DNA of 64,000 nt from Lama guanicoe (GCA_013239625.1 MU057344.1:1924276-1988275), one strand, 5' to 3'; shown: positions 47,226 through 61,229, counted from the stretch's first letter. A program made the numbers and translations. The notes: generated from the letters alone by a model not told the origin.

Positions 47226-50200
47226 GCTGCAGCTGGGGGGGAAGGGGCTGCCTGACATCCCCACGGGGACAGAGTGAAGGCTCCAGGGACACTGAGCAAA
47301 CCCCATACACCGCCAGTGCGCCTGTGAACATAGGGCACACAGGGCACTGGCAGGAAAGGGCGTCCCAGGGACCCTCCGAGTGTCCTGCACCCCCCCCCAG
47401 GAGGGGAGAGTGAGCCCAGCCCTGCGCACATCCAGGGGACACCTGGCAGGTCCTGGCCGCTGGGCCACATCTCCTCCTCCGGAAACGGCAGCTCTGTGCT
47501 CACTGCCAGCCCCTGGAAGCAGGACCCTGGAGCGGGGGAGTCCTTGCGGGGTGGCTGGTTCCTGCCCCGCAGGGGTGCTGAGCAGGTGACCCCGAGGTTC
47601 TGCCACTTTAAGAACTGGTTCCCACCGTCCCCACTGCCCTGCTGACCCCTGCTGTGCTTTCCCCACACTCCTGGGGGCCAGAGGTGGAGCGGAGCTGCAG
47701 GCAGCCTGGTCAGACTCTGCAGGGGCCAGTCCCGGGTCTGGGTTCGGCCACGGCCACCAGCAGCTGTCTCTGGTTCATGCTCCAGCTGTGGGCGCAGGCT
47801 GACTCCGGGACTTTCAGGGGCCCCCGAGCGGCACCCGGTCCTGTCGGTGCCCAGGCCTCTTCATCTGGGGAAGTTCGCTCCCTCACTGCTGGTTGGTGGC
47901 GGTGATGAGGCCTGGGGCTTCGCACAAGTGGTGCTGGGGAGTTGTCTTTGTTATTTCCTGAGCCTGTGGGGGTAGGGGTGGGGGTCGGGGGCCACTGAGG
48001 CCGGTCCTCCCAGACAAGGTTGTTCAGCTAAAGCTGCACCTGCCAGGGTTCTTTATTGCCTGTGGGGTTCTGCTCCGCACACCCCTGTTCTGAGGTCTGG
48101 CCTTTGAGGCATCCCCACACTTGCATACCTCTAGTGACAGGAGGCTCACTACCTATCTAAGTCCAAGTTCCCACTTGCTCCCTAGGCCCTTTCTCTCTCT
48201 TCTGGAAGGGAGGGTCCCAGTTTCTCCTTCAGTGACATTCTGTCATCAGGGCCTGAGTGACTGGTCCCCTAGGAGTCCTGGTAGGCAGCTTGTGGGGGGG
48301 GTCCCAGCTCCCTTCCTCTCCATTGTTTGAGGATGCCGGTGGGGTCTCTGTAGCATCTGGAGGGCTTGGAGCGTTCGGATGTCTGAGCTGGTCCTCAGGA
48401 GGGACAGAGCTGCCCTCTGCCGGCTGCCCTCTGCTCCCTCCTGGTCGTGTCCGCCACTCCTTGCCAGGTGTGTGGCCTCAAGGCTGGAGGGGCTCGTGGC
48501 TTGGTCATGGTTGTGCTGGCACTAAGGGGCCCCGTGGGGTGGTCTGTCTGGGGTGGAGGTGGCTCAGTTGGCCGCACAGAAGGCAGAGGAAGGCTCACTG
48601 TGCCCAGGGGCTCCCCTCCAAGCTCTGAGCCTCCCTCACCCCCGTGCCCCTCCCTGCCCGGCCCCACCCCCGAAGTCTTGTGGAGCTGAGCTGAGGAGGA
48701 CGGTGCTGCTGCTGGTGCTAACAGCCCCCTCCCCGGCCCCTGTCCACGTGGGGATGGGGGTGGGACAGACGTTGATAGTGAGACCTTTGGCATCTCAGCC
48801 CTGGGAGCGGACCCCACCCCCGCAGGCTCCCTGCCTCGCCCGGGGGAGGGGACGGGCAGGCGGCAGCAGGAAGACGGGGACCACCGGGCGCCCTGCCTGC
48901 TCGCAGCTCTAGGGGGCTGGCTGTGCGGGTGCTGCCCAGACTTGCCACCGGCCTTGCTGTCCTGGCCTCTGCGCCGCGCCAGGCGCGGCCCCCTTACACC
49001 AGCCGGCTGGTAACTGATAGATAATTCATATTTTTCTCAAGTGCACTTCCAAACTGACTGCTGCCGTCACTCCTCTCCTGGCACAGGAAAACAGCCCCCG
49101 CGGCCCCTGAGCGACCACGGCTGTTAATGGGGTCTTTGGGTTCTGCTTGGCTGAGGCTCCCTGCGGGCTGCCCCAGCCCCAGGGGGCCCCTCTGCCCTGC
49201 CCTGCATCCCTCGGACTTCAGATCTCACGCCTGCGCTCTTTGGGCACAGGGGGGCCTGGAGCCCTCAGCCCACAGGCCTGTGTGTGCACACTCGTGCAGA
49301 CCCACACACGTGAACACGTGCAGACGTGCAAGCACACACACGCAGACACTGCACACGTGTTGGAACACACTCGCAGACACACAGCTGTGCAGGCCCCTCC
49401 TGGTTGCTGCCCAGGGCTCTGACAGCCCGCCCCTCCCTCAGAAGGCCAGAGGCGGTGGGTCGTGGGTAGCTGACGGGTCAGAGGAGGGACCTGGGCTCTT
49501 CCTGAGACTGTGAACAGGAGCAGGGACCGGGTGAGGTGGGAGTTTGGCCATCGGGGCAGATAAGCCGCTGGCGGGGGCGTAACGCCCACCAGTGTTCACT
49601 GCTTGTCAGTGTCGGGGCTAAGGCGTGTCTGTTTTGGGGCTTATCTGGGCTTTGGGGAGAGACACCGCGAGAGATCATGGTTGTGAGTGGGGCCGATGTT
49701 CCGAGGGCTGGTGACAGGTGGAGTGGGGCCAGGGCTGATGGGGCCAAGTGCCCGTATCCCTGTCCCACGCCCTCCCTGGGACACTCATGGTCGGGGTCGA
49801 GGCAGGGCCCAGCCTGGCCTCTGGGCCCTGGTGTCCACTCCCATCCTGGGGACTGTCACATGTGGGCACCGTGGGGATAGCTGGTGACAGGGGTTCCAAG
49901 GAGCCGAGAGGAGGCGCAACCCCATGTGAAGGCGTCTTGGTGCTGTGCAGTCCAGTCCAGCCTCTCCCTGCTCCCAGGCTGAGCCTCTCCAGGGACGGGA
50001 CTGGCCTGGGTATTCCAGAGGTTGGGGAGGGGGCTCCGAGGTCGGGCAGCCATGAGGCGAGATGGTGAGGGTGCACACGGGTGTGCGGGCACAGCTGGTC
50101 CCTGGGGGGCCTTGGGAAAGCCCGCCAGCCAGGACACAGCCCCCTGAGTGACCTCCAGCTGCCCCAGACCTGGCGGGGTGTGTGTCCATCCGTCTGTCCT

Positions 50201-50984
50201 GGGGGCGAGCTGGCCCACGTGGTGTGAGTGCCACCCCTCCTGGTCCTGGGGGAGCACGAGGAAGGGGGGCTGGGACACAAAGGCTCTGCGCGGGATTCCT
50301 GGGCAGAATGTGGCTGAGTCAACACTAATGGATTCGGGAGAGCACTTTCCAGCCCCTCGGAGGTTTGCAAGCAGGAAAATAACAGCGGAGGTGCCCCGAC
50401 ACGATCGTGGTGTCAATTGCGTTATCCTAAAGGTTTATGGAATGCGTAAGTGGAATTAATACCTTTTACTGGCACCAGGAGCAATTATATGTATTTGAAG
50501 CCGCCGGAAGATCTAACAGTGTTTATCATGGAGACGAAACGTGGGGTATTAAGGGGAAGTGGGCACACTCGGGGAGAAGCTGCAGCAAATGCTGGCCTCG
50601 TGCAGAGCTCTGCGGGCCGGTCCCGGCCGGAGCACGGGGTCCTCTTCTCTCTCCACCCTCCCCAGCAGCGGGGAGCCCTGCCCCTGGAGGTCACAGAACT
50701 CAGCCTTGGGGCCCCGAGTCCCTGCACCAGAGGGCTGCTCCCAGGGCAGCCCCCACGCCCACCCCCGTGGACCCGAGTCCATCCCGCAGGTGTGGGGCTG
50801 CAGGCGGGGCATGGTGCAGTACACGTTCTGCGGAGCATTGCCTGTGCTCTGGGGCTTGTTTCTGACTTGGCTGTGGCTCCGTGGATTTTGGGGTGTCTGC
50901 TGAGTGTGCTGACTGAACTATTACAGTGCCCCCGAGTGAACGGGCCAAGCCCTAAGCACCCTGAGTATGTGTTGTAGGCTCTCG

Positions 50985-51050
50985 TGTTCCCCCCATTTTA
51001 TGGATAAGGAAACCGAGGCTCGAGAGGGCAGGTCCCTGCTCAAGGACACC
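50985..51050 (-). mobile_element. MIR core fragment
   Basis: ccccattttatggataaggaaaccgaggctcgagaggg. Confidence 0.65.
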
Positions 51051-51200
51051 CATCAGCAGAGGGCTGAGCGGGGGTCTGACCCAGCAGCCTGACCCCGGCT
51101 TTCCTCACTCGTGTGGGGCGCAGGCTGTGCACCCTCGGGGGCATGTCAAAGGAGCAGCCTTGTCCCAGCTCGAGGGGCAGGTCTCGGGGACTCCCCCGGA

Positions 51201-51272
51201 CCCAGGGGACCAGGGGTTGGGGGGCTGGCCCCCCCAGGGGACCAAGGGACCAGGGGTTGGGGGGCTGACCCC
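51201..51272. repeat. Imperfect tandem duplication, period 40 bp, G-run rich
   Basis: cccaggggaccaggggttggggggctggcc (51201) vs accaagggaccaggggttggggggctgacc (51241). Confidence 0.85.
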
Positions 51273-54200
51273 TCAAAGGTCTAGGGCTTGCCCCTGGTGG
51301 GGGAGCACTTGCCCCAGCGACCCTGCGATCACTGTTTGTTGATGAGTGAGTGACAGCTGCCGCTCAGCGAGGGTAGTCCGCACAGCCGCCTTCCTGCCTG
51401 GTTTTCTTGACAAATGGAAATTCCTCAAGAAGACTTTGTGGTTAGGATGATCGGGGCTGACCAGGCTCAAAGGCTGAAGTGGTTACACGCCAGGAGGGCT
51501 CGGGAGGCAGGCGAGCTGGACCTGGGACCTGCCGCTCCTCTGCTCTTCCTGCAACTCAACCGGGCCTGCAGCCCCCGCCCCACCCCTGGTTCCCGTCACC
51601 TCCTTTCTAGGTGGGAAAGCGAGGGCCAGAGGGGAGTCCCGCCCCAGCTTCGAGAACCGGTGCTGCAGCCACGGGGGGTCCCCAGTGCCCTGGACCTTGG
51701 CCGTGGGGTCTCTGGGAGAGGGTCGCAGCCGAGCAGTGAGTTGGCGCTCTGCTTCCAAGCCAGGTGGGTTCCTGTGGTTGGTGGTGGGGGAAATCTGCCT
51801 TGGGATTTTCTTAGCCCCCAAACTTGGAAGCCACGCTCAAGTTCATGGATCCCAGGCCCCGGAATTCCACCAGCCACGGCTGCAGGGACCCCAGCACAGA
51901 GGCCTGCTGGTCCAGGCCCTGGTCTCCCAGAGAGAAGCCCCTTGTCCACATCCGGGCATTCTGTCCGTTTGTCCAGGCGGCCTCGGGAAGGGGAGGGGCA
52001 GAGCTGGGAGGAAAGCGTCTCCTCTGAGTGGGGTGGCAGGTCGGGGCTGCAGCCCAGGAGGGGCTCGGCGGCTCGGGGTTGCAAGTTACAGCTCGCTCTA
52101 GGGCAGGAACCCCCCGTGAAAGGCACACAGGCCTCAGTGAAGGGGAAGGTCAGGGCTGTGGGGGTCCATGCAGTGGCCTGAATCCAGGGTCCCCCAGGAT
52201 CGCAGACCTGCCTGGGGCAGGGCAGCCCCTCCCTTCCTCCATAGCGTCCTCGTATTGAGTGGGGGCAGCTGGTGCCTCCAGGGCCTCGGAGAGGATGCAC
52301 GGAGGTGGGCTGGTGCAGTGGGAGTCGCCACGTGCTGCACGGGGCCAGGTGTTTAGAAGCCCACACTCTCCCCGCCCCAGATGCTTCCCTGGATATTTAC
52401 AAGTTTCAGTGAAAACCGATTGCAGCCAACTGTCCTGAAAGCTGAAGACTGACCACCCCCATGTGTCTGGGGCGTGCAGGTCCCGTGCTCACGGGAGAAG
52501 CCGTGGGCTCCTCTCCTGCTGGCCGGGGGCGGAGCTTACTTAGTGAGAGGCAGCACTCGCTGCTCCCGGCCAGACAGCGTGTGGTTTTACCCGCGGTCCT
52601 CACCAGGGACTCGCTCCCGGCTGCCTTGGCAGGAGGGCAGGGCTCTCACCCTGACCCCGACTTCAGACTCCAGGGTCTCCCTCCGGGGCTCCTGCTCTGG
52701 CTTCTGGAGGAGCCACTCTGAGCACCTGCCAGAGCTGTGGCCACCACCCAGCCTCTCTTCCGCCCATTCCCCCGCCTCCTGCAGCTGGTCCACCTCCGGG
52801 CACCCCCCCCACCAGGCCATCTGAAGCTGCAGGGCGCTGCGGGAAGAAGGCGGCCTCTCTGTGCCTGCACACACCAGCCCAGCGACAGTGACCAGAGTGG
52901 TGTGCCCACAGTCAGAGGCTCTGGGACTGTCCTGTGAGCAGGAGGTGCCCCTGGCCCTGGCAATCACTGTGCCAACAAGGCCAGTCCAGCTCAAAAGGCC
53001 ACAAGCGGGGTGGGGGCGGGTGGGGCGGGCAGAGCTGGGCTGGTGGCTAGCCTCCCCACACCTCCCCGTGCCGGGCCGCTCTGTGGCCTGGCCCACAGCC
53101 CCACTTACTGGATTCTTGCCAGAACATTCTCTCCGTGAGGCCAGCTGGGGATGCCCACTGCAGGCAGGGACACAGGAGGCCAGGACAGACAGCCATGGGC
53201 TCCCTGGCTGGCAAAGTCGGAAACCAAGTTTGTGGGCAGAGGAACCTGTGTTTGGACTCAGCTGAGGCTGAGCGAGGTGCCTTTGCACCACAGGGACCGG
53301 GACGCTATTTGCCCCCCTGGAGTGGGAGGGGCAGCTGCCGCTGGGAGCTCCGGGGCTGCCCCGAGGATTCAGAACATGCCCTGCTCACCCCCTCCTTCGG
53401 GTTCAGGGGTGGCCAGATGCTGTGCTGGGCTACTGAATGAGGACCGGATGGAGGCCCAGAGTTCCCCACCTGCCCTGTGCACCGGGGCCAAGGGCAGGGC
53501 CTGCCTCTGGGCAGCTCCTTCCGCCCTGGGTGGGTCAGAGTGAGCATGGTGACAACAGGACCCGCTGTGTGCCAGACCCACTGGCACGGTCCCTTTGGAG
53601 CCAGGACTGAGCCTCATCCCACAGCGTCTGGACAGGAAGGTAGAGGTGGCGCATCCAGGTCAGCCGTCCCCTCCCCTCGGCAGTCACCACCTGGGAGCCA
53701 CCCTCTGCGCAAGACCACGGAGGGAGACCCCACCCCCAGCAGGACCAGGCAGGTCAGGCCTGCTCGTGGGTCCCGCTGCCCCCCAGAGGCTGGAGCCCTG
53801 CCCGGAGGATGAAGGGCATTGAATCTGGTGCCTGTTTCCTTGTTTTGTCCACCTGCCTCTGAGCTGCACAATCCTTGCGGACCCAGGTCAAGCCTGGTGG
53901 TGACAAGCGGTCTGGAGGTGAAGCTGGGGGTCCCAGGGCTGCCCTCCCCGAACCTGGCTGGCAGCTTTGGAAGCAGAGGTCTGGGTCGCTGAAACAGGGT
54001 GAGAGTGCGTGACCCCCAGGGTGAGATCACGAGTGAGTGGACCCGGCGCAGAGAAGGCGTCAGTAAACGGTGGCTACGCGACTGAGAGAGCGGGGTGACT
54101 GCACCCACTCACGGGGTTCCCAGTCTTGACTCCAGCAGAGGTGCCCGCCCGGGCCCCCCTCTGCTCTGGGCCCGGCCCAGCTCCCATTGGCCAGGCTTTG

Positions 54201-57200
54201 AGGGGGGCCCTCAGCTCCTGACCGGGCGCCACGCTGGGCCTTCCCTCTGCAGTGCAGACCTGGTGGCTACTGGCCTCTCTCCTGGGTCAGCCCAGCACAT
54301 GTCTGCTGCCCACCCTGCCCAGCCTCAGCCCAGGACGGAAGCCACTGGGGGTGTCCTCTGCTGACCTGCAGCCCGGGGAGGGACGGGGAGCTGAGCAGGC
54401 TGGTCTCGGGGTGCACCTGAGGGCGCGCACTCACCGGGGGTGCACTGACCAGACACAGGCCTGCCTCTCTCTGGGGCAGCTTCTGGGCCACGGCCTTGGG
54501 GACTCCCCAGGTGGTGGTGAGCATCTCGGCACCCGCAGAGCCTGTTCCACCTCCAGTCCTTCTGGGCTCCTGGGGAGGGGAGCCCGGGCCGCCTGACCTG
54601 CGTGGGGGGCACCCGCAGGTGCACCTGTCCCCCTCCCTCAGCGGGGACTCTAGAGGAATCACAGCGCGTCCTCCAGGCCAGGCTCTGGCTGTGCCCCCCG
54701 GGCATCCAGGGGCTCCCTGGGGCCTCCAGCCTTTACCAGACCTGTGGCGAAAGTGAGGTGTTGGCTGTGGGTTTCCTTGTGCGTGGACCATGGCTGCCTT
54801 CTGATTGTGGGTGCTCTGAAGCAGGCTGGGGTGATGGTCACGGGCACCCCTGCCGCCCCTCCAGGCTGGCGGCCTCCCTGACATCTGTCAGAGTCCCCCC
54901 CCCAACACCGTGCGCCGAGCTGCTCTCTGCTGAGCGAAGACATGGGAGTTTGGTAGCAGAGCAGTGCCAATGAAGGGTGAGGGGTCACCAGGAAGGGGTG
55001 GGCAGAATGTCCCTGTGGCTTGTGTCGCCCTGGGAGGCCCCCCCATCCGGAAGAAGAAATGGGGCTGGAACCGGGGCCTCCTGTGAGCTTTCAGGACCAC
55101 TTGGGAGCCCACAGGGCTTCTCGCCAAGTGCTCTGCGGACCCGCCCTGGGGGCTCTTCCAGGGTGAGAGAGGGTCTGTGGCCTTGAGGAGGTCCTCAAAG
55201 GGTCCACAGCCCAGGAGAGGGGAGAAGTGTGGCTGTGAACACGCACACACGCACGCACGCACACGCGGAAAGCAGATAAAAGTGGGCCATAAAAAAATCA
55301 TTTAAAAAATAAAGCCGCACTGCAGGCCCCGTCTTCCAGAACCTGTTGTAGCAGATTCACCCCAGCTGGTTAACGGTATTTGCGGTTTGCAAGATGCTAC
55401 ACGTCCTTGGAAAATGACAGACAAGTTATTATCACCTCTCCACTCTCCTCCTGTCCAAACCTGCCCGTGCCGGGCACCCAGCTGCTGGGGAGCGGGTGCG
55501 AGGAAATTAACAGCCACCGCGCCACGCCCGCCACCCCCGCCTCTGCACCAGCCCTGCCAGGCCCGGCTGGCAGCCAGGCTGGGCCCCTCGTGGACTGGGG
55601 GGTGGGGGGGTCCGAGGAGAGAAGCCGAGTAGGGGGGCAGGGCGGACATACCCCAGCATTTGGGCAAACTGTTTCCTGCAAGCACGAAGGAACACATGCA
55701 CCCCAGAGCAGGCAAGTCTGGACGGCTCTGTGTCAACAGCCGAAGATAAATAAGATTTTATCGGCTGGGAATCTGTTGAAACACATCCATCTAGCGGTTC
55801 TAGGGAAGAAGAGGCGGGGTGAGGGGTGCGGAGAGGAAGCATCTTCACGTGACCTTCTCAACAGAAGAGACTAGGACCGGGAGCCCTGCTCCTCCCAGCC
55901 ATCCCAGGGCAGCCTGAGGCCCAGGAGCTCTGGGAGGAGGGGAAGGAGCTGGGCAGAGCGGGGCTCAGGCTCTGGGAGGGACTTGGATATGCAAGGGCTC
56001 CTTCACTGCCTACGGGTCCCACCCTGCACCCTGCCCTGGGGGTTTGGCCGTCCAGGCCTGCCCCTCGCCCTCCCGGGCTCCCCTCCTGCCCTGCACCCCA
56101 GCGGCCACTGTCAGCACTGGGTGCAGCCGGGCTGGGGACCCCTCAGGCATCCCTCCCAGATGCTGCCTGACTGACCAGCGCGGGGCCTGACAGGTGTGTG
56201 TGGTGAAGGCCACGTGAGCCGCCAGCTGGGGGACGGCACTGGGTTGGGGACACCCCATGGGGAGTTGGCGGCCTTGCCAGGGACACGGGGGGAGGGCTGG
56301 GCGCCCTCCTCTGCACGCTCTCTGCTTGCCCGCCTGAGGCACTCCGGGCGGCAGCGCACCGCCGCCGAGCGGCTCCCAGCTCCTGGAGGGGCGGTCGGGC
56401 TGCAGTGGGCCGCAGTACCAGGGACAGCGCCCGGCAGCTCCTCCCCGGGGCGGGGCGGCCGGAGGGGCTGGGGCCGGCCAGAGGGAAAGGCTGCGCCACC
56501 AGGGCCGGGGCTCTGAGGCCGCGTGGCTGTCCCGGAGCCTGGCGGTCGCGGGCCCGTTGTGGGCCCGTCTCCACCTCCTCGAGGCTGCGCCTGGAGCTTG
56601 CCAGGCAGCTCTCGCTGCACTCTTGTCTCAGAGCCAGGGACGGGCTCTGGAGCCTCGCTGGTGGGTGGACAGGAGAGCCGGCACTCAGCTGGAACCTGGC
56701 GTTTGCTTGGGGCTGGGCTGCTGCTGCCCTGGGCACGGCTCTTGGGCTTATCCCCTAAGCCATTGCTTTGCGGAGTGAAGGGACAGCGTTTATACTGATG
56801 GGGACACAGGAGGTCAGTGGTCACCTCCCCGGGGAGCTGGACTGACCCCCACAGCAACAGGCAGGCTCCCCCCTGCCCCATGTGGCCCCTGAGCCCACTC
56901 TCTGGCAGCCGAGGGCCCACCTACACCCACAGGGATGTCCTTCCCTGCAGACGTGGGGGGCACAGATGGCAGGCTGCCCTGGCTTCAGGGACCCCAGGTG
57001 GGCAAGGCATTCAATCCCCTTCCGTGATAGGGGCACAAGAGGGCTTGTCTGCCCTGAAGCCAGCGCTGAGGGAGCTGGCCGGGTCCTGATCTCCCAAGAC
57101 GCCACTAGGAGACCCCAGCCCACTTGTCCCCCAATGCCCCTCAGCCCCCGTCCCAGGGACAGGTCAGCATGTCCGGCTGGGTGTCAGCTCATCAGAGGAA

Positions 57201-57656
57201 AGACAGCTCATACTGCTCAGGGCCAAGGGCTCTGAGGCCCGGGGACCCCTTGCTCACGGGCTCAGCCCGAGCTCCACTTCCCTTGCTTTTCCTGGACTTG
57301 GAGTTACCGAGGGTGTGAGGCCCTTAGGGCCTGTTGTGTCCCTTGATGGTCAGGGGGTCTTCCTCTGCAGGGTTAGGGTGTGAGGCCCCAGCTTCCTTGG
57401 CAAAGTGGGCTCAGACCTACTCCTTCTCAGGTCTGCGCCCCCCCACACCCCCGTTTCCAGCTACACTCTTCCTGGCTACCATGGTGGGGTGAGATAGGGC
57501 TCTCTCCAGATCCTGGTGCCTGGGGTAACTCCAGGGGGGCTTGTGAGGGGCCCAGGGTGTGTGGCATGGGGACAGGAAGTGTCCTGTGACTCAGACTGTG
57601 ATGTTCCCTACTGTCCCTGGGGGACGGGGCTATGAGGACCCCCAGATGGGCCCCCA

Positions 57657-57692
57657 GGAGCCAGTCACTGGAGGGGAGCCAGTCACTGGAGG
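57657..57692. repeat. Perfect 18-bp tandem duplication
   Basis: ggagccagtcactggagg x2. Confidence 0.9.
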
Positions 57693-58464
57693 CAGCCAGC
57701 TTGGAAACGAGGGGCAACCCTGTTTCCAACGGACCCTTCCATCAAGGATCACCTTTGAATTTGTGAGAGCTGGCTGGGGTCCTCTGATGGGCCACCCAGA
57801 CTCCTGAGTGCTGGCCGGGGAGGTCCCTGCAGGTGGCCTGGGAGTCATTCGGTCCTCCCAGAGGCAAGGTCTTGAGTGGGGGGGTCCTAGGGCTTCGTGG
57901 TCAAAACCGCAGTGGCCAGAACCAAGCTGCAGGTCTGGCCCCTCAGACTCGATGTTCCAGGAAGCCCTTGCTAGTTTCCTTTGTACAAATGCCCCAAAAA
58001 CTAACTCTAGGCTTTTACGAGCCAAGCTGTGATGCTGTAAGCCTCACCCCTTTCAAACCATCGCGGTCTGGGGTCTTAAGGTTCACCGGCTTTGATGCAC
58101 CGGACCTGGCTATCTGTCCCAGACCCTCTCCAGCAGCTCCTTCTCGCTTTCCCGGCCTCTATTGTTTTCATCCATAAAATGGACCCAGTGGTATCCATTT
58201 CTCCAACCAGTGAGATCCAGATAGAAAGCACTTCAGCCTGCCTGCAGGGGGCTCTCTGAGCCCAGACCAGCCAGGCGCTGCCGCGGGTGCTGGGGAGAGG
58301 CTCTTTGAGGGAAGCAGGCCCGAGGTGTTCAGTGGAGGGTCAGGCACTTGGTGGCTGTCAGTAGAGAGCTGGGGGCAGGGATTCCTGGAATGGGGGGCGG
58401 GCACAGCGGGCAAGGGCGTGGCATTGGGGCGGCCATCCTCAACCTGGCCCCTCCCGGCCCCCAG

Positions 58465-58651
58465 TACTCTCCGCTGTTGAAGAAGCTCTACTGCCAAATC
58501 GCCAAGACCTGCCCCGTCCAGATCAAGGTGTCCACTCCGCCGCCCCCGGGCACCGCCATCCGCGCCATGCCCGTCTACAAGAAGGCGGAGCACGTGACCG
58601 AGGTCGTGAAGCGCTGCCCCAACCACGAGCTGGGGCGGGACTTCAACGAAG
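58465..58651 (+). CDS. TP73: TP73 exon 5 (DNA-binding domain)
   Basis: 187 nt, AG/GT flanks. Encodes [62 protein letters not shown], including the Zn ligands C and H. Confidence 0.98.
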
Positions 58652-58954
58652 GTGAGGGCCCTGACCCCCCATCCAGTGTCCCAGCCCGGAGGGGAGGGCT
58701 GGCACGAGGCCTCCTACCTGGGAGGCAGCAGGTCCGACGGGAGGGGGCTCACCTCTAGGGCTCAGCACGCCCCTCCCCAGCCCCGTGTCCTGGCCTGAAG
58801 TGCCAGTGCCTACAGGTGAGCGGGAGCAGGGCTGCTGGGCCAGGCCCCAGGGGCAGGAGGGCTGCCCGCTGGCCTGCGTTCCGCCCCGCGCCTCCCCGCA
58901 ACCCCGGCCAGACCCCGGCTGGCACCCCTCTGAAGCGGCGTCCCCTCTTGGCAG

Positions 58955-59070
58955 GACAGTCTGCGCCGGCCAGCCACCTCATCCGCGTGGAGGGCAACAA
59001 CCTCTCGCAGTACGTGGACGACCCCGTCACCGGCAGGCAGAGTGTCATGGTGCCCTACGAGCCCCCGCAG
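58955..59070 (+). CDS. TP73: TP73 exon 6 (DNA-binding domain)
   Basis: 116 nt. Encodes (G)[38 protein letters not shown]; donor CAG|gtaggc. Confidence 0.98.
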
Positions 59071-60377
59071 GTAGGCGGGGCCAGGCGGGGGCAGGGCTTC
59101 CGGGCAGAGACCCCTGGGGTCCCTTAGCCAGCGTCTATGAGTTAAGTCTGGGCTGTGCAGCTCTCCCCTACTTCACGTCCCTTCCCTGCCGGTCTGGGTG
59201 GGACCCCCTTGGGCCCTCTCAGAGCGTCTGCATTCTCAGCTCTAGAGTGGGGCCTGGGCCTGCCGACCTCTGAGCCTCAGCCCTGCCCGTCCTTTTCCCA
59301 TGCCCTGGTCTCTGCCTGGGGCTCTGGGGGACAGAGGGGCCGAAGACTGGAGTTTGGGTGGAGTGGGGGCCCGCGAGGAAGAGGAGAGGCCCGCGGTCAG
59401 GGGCACGTCGTCGCTGCAGGGCTTGGAGATGAGGTGATGGGGCTGGGCGCTGTAAGAGGTGGGCAGGGCGGAAAGACCTGGGGGTCTTTGACTCAAAGGC
59501 AGCAGAAGGCTCTGGAGCTGACGTGAGGGCCGGGCGGGGTGATGGTGGGGTAGGGGTGCCAAGACCTCAGGTGGAGAGCGGGTCCCAGCTGTGGGCCTTG
59601 GGCCATGCTTCCCAGGGTAGGCATGCGGCAGCCAGCCCCTGCCTTTCCTCTGCCTGGATTTGAGACCGCCCAGAGCTGTACCCTGTCCTTCAGCACCCAC
59701 GCCCCACTCCATCTCTGTACCTGGTCCCACTGCCCCTACCAGGCCCTACCCTGGTACCTGGTCCCCCCAGGCCCTCCCAGGCCCTCCCAGGTCCTCCCAG
59801 GCACCTCCTCTTGGTTGCTTAGAAACAGTCCTGGCATTGGAGGGACCAGGGCCTGGGAGGGGTTGCCTTCCCTCCCGAGCCTGGCTCTCACTGCCAGAGC
59901 CAGCCAGGAAAGCAGGTCTCTCCCGCCCCCTGGTGGCTGCCACATGCCAGCAGCTTCGTGAAAGGCCAGGTTTCCCAAGTCAATATTGCGATTTTTGCTC
60001 CCTGAGTGACAACTGCCCACTTTGTGGGCCTCGGATGCCCAGGGGTCAAGAGTCCTGAGTTCACATCTCAGCTCTCCCCAAACTCCCTGGAACAAGTGTG
60101 TGTGCTGGGGGTCCACTTGGACGGCTCTGGGCCCCCTCTGCTAGAGCAATGCCTTTCTGCCCAGAAGAGCCCACGGCATGTGAAACACACTCGTGTGCCC
60201 ACGGAGGCCTGTGCACGTGCCTGCTCACACCAGCCTCCGGGCTGTCAGGGGAGGTGGCAGGGGCTGCCAGACCGCGACCCTCTGTGCCTCCCGAGAGCAG
60301 AAACTGGGTGTGGCACTCTCGGTACCCAGAGCCAGCACAGCACATGGCTCCAGTGTACTGCATGAGTGGACAGATGC

Positions 60378-60530
60378 GGGTGGATGGATTGCTGAGTGGA
60401 TGGATGGATGGATGGATGGTTGGAAGAGTGGATGGGTGGGTGGGTGGATGATGGATGGATGGGTAAGATGGGAGGATGGAGGGGAGGATGGAAGGGAGGA
60501 TGGATAGGTGAGGGGGTGGATGGGTGGATA
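60378..60530. repeat. Degenerate (GGAT/GGGT)n microsatellite
   Basis: ggatggatggatggatggatggtt...gatgggtgggtgggtggatg. Confidence 0.9.
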
Positions 60531-60657
60531 GAGGACTGAGGACCACAGGACCCAGCACCCCCTTGCCTACCCAGAAATGTAAAGGATAGGATCCCCCACT
60601 TTTGCGGTTGGGACCCATGTGCTGACCCCACAGCCTCCCCCCGCCTCCTGTGTGCAG

Positions 60658-60767
60658 GTGGGGACAGAATTCACCACCATCCTGTACAACTTCATGTGCA
60701 ACAGCAGCTGCGTGGGGGGCATGAACCGGCGGCCCATCCTTATCATCATCACCCTGGAGACCCGGGA
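60658..60767 (+). CDS. TP73: TP73 exon 7 (DNA-binding domain, L3 loop)
   Basis: 110 nt. Encodes [36 protein letters not shown](D). Confidence 0.98.
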
Positions 60768-61086
60768 GTGAGTCTGCGGGACGTGGGGCTGGGGAGGGAG
60801 CAGGGCTGGGACCTGGGCCAGCGTTGCTGGAGGTCTTGGGTGGAGACAGGGAGGCATGACCAAGGAGTGGTGCTGGCCCTGCAGGCCATGAGCTGGGAGG
60901 GGCCTCAGGGGCTGCAGGCTCAGGAGCCGCCTGGGGGGTGGGGAGAGTAGCAGGGGACCTGGTGTCCCAGAGCAGCTGGGTGCTTGGCCCTGACCCCTCA
61001 GCCCATCGAGGCCAGTTCTGTGGGGTCCAAGGTGGCTGAGGAAGGAGGCCTCCAAACCTCACGGTTCTGGCTGTGTCCCTGGACAG

Positions 61087-61229
61087 TGGGCAGGTGCTGG
61101 GCCGCCGGTCTTTCGAGGGCCGCATCTGCGCCTGTCCTGGCCGAGACCGCAAAGCAGACGAAGACCACTACCGCGAGCAGCAGGCCCTGAACGAGAGCGC
61201 CGCCAAGAGCGGGGCGGCCAGCAAGCGCA
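61087..61229 (+). CDS. TP73: TP73 exon 8 (end of DNA-binding domain)
   Basis: 143 nt. Encodes [47 protein letters not shown]. Confidence 0.98.

Noticed and set aside
51201-51272. Short direct repeats as a CRISPR-like array
   Set aside because: Eukaryotic intron, only two copies, no spacer series and no cas genes.
2854-58464. Antisense lncRNAs or extra alternative exons within TP73 introns
   Set aside because: Cannot be supported from sequence alone without transcript data.
60061-61152. 363-aa antisense ORF over exons 7-8
   Set aside because: Antisense shadow of GC3-rich exons plus a stop-free (CCAT)n repeat.
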